DNA of 63,907 nucleotides, the filler included, from Octopus bimaculoides (lineage: Eukaryota), in assembly GCF_001194135.2 (NCBI RefSeq). It is 10 parts of 9 records of this genome, joined end to end, with 100 filler letters (N's around TTAATTAATTAA, not from the genome) between each part and the next. Parts side by side here need not be neighbours in the genome. Positions count along the whole stretch, not along the records: positions 60,813 to 63,907 come from NW_026416293.1; 9 more parts are not named here. One strand, 5' to 3'. Made by a program: the position numbers and the translations under genes. The notes beneath the pieces were generated by a model, which had not been told where the DNA came from, searched no databases, and saw only the letters and a list, made by a program, of their open reading frames with translations. Positions 60,872 through 63,907 of the stretch are shown here, in pieces; the stretch's first letter is position 1, and each line of letters begins with the position of its first letter.

Positions 60872-61223
60872 CATACATACATACATACATACATACATAC
60901 ATACATACATGCATGCATACATACATATATACATACATACATACATACATATATACATATATGGAAAGATATATATGCCTATATATACCTAAATCATTTT
61001 CTCCCTCTCTCCCTTTCTCTCCTTCTCTTTATCTCTTTCTCTCTCTCTCTCCATAGCAGGCACATATCATTTGCCTATATAGGTACATACATACACACAT
61101 ACATACATACATACATACATACATACATGCATGCATGCATACATACATACATACATACATACATATGTATATATGTATGTCTGTGCACATATGATATAAA
61201 TATGTGTGTGCGTGTGCGAGCGC

Positions 61224-61284
<61 letters not shown>

Positions 61285-61409
61285 TACATACACATGCGCA
61301 CACACACACAGAAACAAAGGTTGCGGGTGTGAAGGTAATAACACAAAGATAGTTGTAGATATGTATATAGTGTTACATATTCGCGTACATTATATAATAT
61401 ATTTAAATG

Positions 61410-61485
<76 letters not shown>

Positions 61486-61516
61486 TACATATATGCACTA
61501 GTAGTCAAATATTAAT

Positions 61517-61549
<33 letters not shown>

Positions 61550-61782
61550 CACAGTTATATTGTTTTAAATATACCAATACATAGATGGTTGAAAATGTTT
61601 CATTTTTAATCGGAATCCAATCAAAAGGTGTTCCAAAAATTATGGCTCCCTTCATTATAAATAGTGGCAAAGCGTAGATTTAAACAAAAAAAATAAATAA
61701 AGATAAATAATAGATAAAAGCATGGGTAAGAAAGGAAAACTTCAACAACAGCAACATGATGCATTCAAAATCAGAACGTAGA

Positions 61783-61922
<140 letters not shown>

Positions 61923-62259
61923 TCCTATCTTCATTGGACACAATGCCAGTAGAAACTGTATCACACAATGTGTTATAAAATATATAATACACACTCACAC
62001 TGCCTCACATACATGTATGTTAGTGTATGTATGCATGTATGTACGTATGTATATATATATATACACATATGTGTGTGTGTATATGTATATATACATATGT
62101 ATGAATAGGTAGATGTACATATATGTGTGTGTGTGTATAGATGAACATATATACATACACACACACAAACATACATACATACATACATACATACACACAT
62201 ACATACATACATACATACATACATACATACATACATACATACATACATACATACATACA

Positions 62260-63130
62260 TCAGGCTCAGTAAAAAGTAAGCAACGTTTTTAACCATGAAG
62301 AATTTGTACCGGAATTTGATGAGTTTTGAATTTTTTTAAACATTTTTTTGCTATTGACTGATAATACAGTCGTAGACTTGCCCAAATGCATCAATAAATT
62401 AACATTGATATTTTTTTTCACCGTTATTACAATAATCTAAAATGGAACAGTTAAATCGCGATATTTTGCTATTCAACTTCACGTAAAGCAACTGAAACTG
62501 CTCGCGATATCAGCGAAACGTTTGGTGAGGAAATGACCAGTGAGTGGTCAGCTCGAAAATGGTTGAAACAATTTCGCAATGGAGACCTGAGCCTTGAAGA
62601 TCGTGAGTGTAGTGGATGCTTATCTGTCATCGATGACAGTCAATTAAAGACTCTCATTGAGAAAGATCCACATAAGACCACTTGAGAACTGACAAAAGAA
62701 CTTCAAGTTAGCCAGAAAACTGCCTGCAACCATTTGCATGCGATCGGAAAATCCAAAAAAGCTCGACATATGGGTACCACACGATTTGAATGAAACTCAG
62801 AAAATGCACAAATATGAAATTTGCTCGTCGCTTCTTCTCTGTAACCAGCCCGTTCCATTTCTCGACAGTATTGTAACTTGCAATGAAAAGTGGATTCTGT
62901 ACAATAAAAAGAAAACACCCTTCGCAGCGGTTGGACTAAAATGAAGCACCGAAAACATTCCCTAAACCCGAGCTCTTCCAAAAGAAGGTTATGGTGATTG
63001 TTTGGTGGTGTACTGCTGGGCTCATCCACTATAGCATATTGCCATGAAATTGCCAAAATGAATGAAAGATTGCTACTTTTCCGTCCCAGACTGGACAACA
63101 GAAGAGGGTCAATCATTCTTGTACAAATGC
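62260..63130 (+). mobile_element. Degraded, 3'-truncated mariner (Mos1/Hsmar-like) transposon
   Basis: ATG at about 62442; HTH region (WLKQFRNGDLSLED); KLDIWVPHDLNE; FLDSIVTCNEKWILYN; PKPELFQKKVMVIVWWCTAGLIHY. Frameshifts and stops are present. Confidence 0.93.
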
Positions 63131-63159
63131 AAAACAAAAGTCAAACATAAAATAATAAT

Positions 63160-63907
63160 AATAATATTGGATATGAAGGCAGGCCATATTTAAATATTTA
63201 AATATTAAAGTTACAAGTAGCGGCTGGAATTTTGCCATTAACATCTAGGCACAATTTAGTATGGATTAATTATAATGAAGAGTTAATTATAACTTGTAGT
63301 ACAGTATTGTACAATATGGTGTGTTATTAGATCTTAAAGCAAGCTATATAAGTGTATAACTTGACAATAATAATTGTAGGTCTTGAATAAAATACTAGAG
63401 ATAGGATGGCACACTGTGGATCTCCATTAAGGTGAGAATTGTTTATAATTGGAGTCCATAGAATATAATATTAGATCCTATAGCAGACAATATTAATATG
63501 TTAAAATATAACTTAAATATAACACATGTGGGTTTTGGAAAAAAACTCCTAGAAGTAATTATTCCTATTGCAATTAAATTTTTTTAATTATTTATGATTT
63601 ATTTATGGCTCATAATTTATAGTACTATGTAGTATAATATTGGATTTTAAGGCAGACATATCAATGTACAATTTGCCAGTAGTAATTGTGGGTTTTGCAG
63701 TGGCCCCTAAGATAATATAATTTATGTGTCTTGAATGATTAATAATAAATAAGAGAAATTTTAGTAATTTTTAGTAATTATTAGTAATAATTGTAATAGT
63801 CATAGAATATGGCAAGGAGTTACCTCCCCTATTGGAATTATATAAACAGAAAGAAACTCATATTAGACCGGATAACGTTAAAAGAGTGTGGTATAGATTT
63901 AAATTTT
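63160..63907 (+). pseudogene. Candidate ancient NUMT, mitochondrial ND5-like and heavily deleted
   Basis: Ordered fragments in invertebrate mito code, across indels: VT..AGI (63208), DLK (63330), LGMMICSLG-like (63360), LFM..G..HSM (63440), NM..CGF (63517), LLE, LFMA..L.VL.SM (63600), LPVVIVGF (63672), MEYGQGV (63805). G>C strand skew. By-eye match only. Confidence 0.4.

Noticed and set aside
63160-63907. ND2, COX1 or 12S readings on the minus strand
   Set aside because: Only scattered short resemblances; fewer and weaker ordered motifs than the plus-strand ND5 reading.

Overview
AT-rich eukaryotic genomic DNA from a gappy draft assembly. It has many N-runs, nine artificial N44-TTAATTAATTAA-N44 join markers and several false duplications across gaps. 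The repeat landscape (very dense CA/TA/ACAT/AGAT microsatellites, tRNA-derived SINEs, RTE, R4/Dong, CR1, L1/Tx1, Penelope-like elements, Tc1/mariner, Helitron) points to a mollusc, most likely an octopus; this is inference from recognising repeat families, not a database result. I found no intact host protein-coding gene, rRNA, true tRNA or CRISPR array. Almost all long ORFs in the track are microsatellite or N-run artefacts, or transposon remnants. The most interesting signal is a set of type I hammerhead ribozyme folds in or near putative Penelope-like element (PLE) terminal repeats. Two have the canonical core (42319-42400 minus, 50691-50752 minus). One has a compensatory G3:C8 swap of the catalytic core (55511-55566 minus), one has an A6U core (50310-50344 plus), and several are decayed. 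Other notable structures are a nested-palindrome DNA element carrying back-to-back telomeric repeats (17165-17772), a hairpin element with two alternative folds (13448-13563), a solo LTR with promoter motifs (38245-39432) and a heavily eroded ND5-like mitochondrial insertion at the right end.
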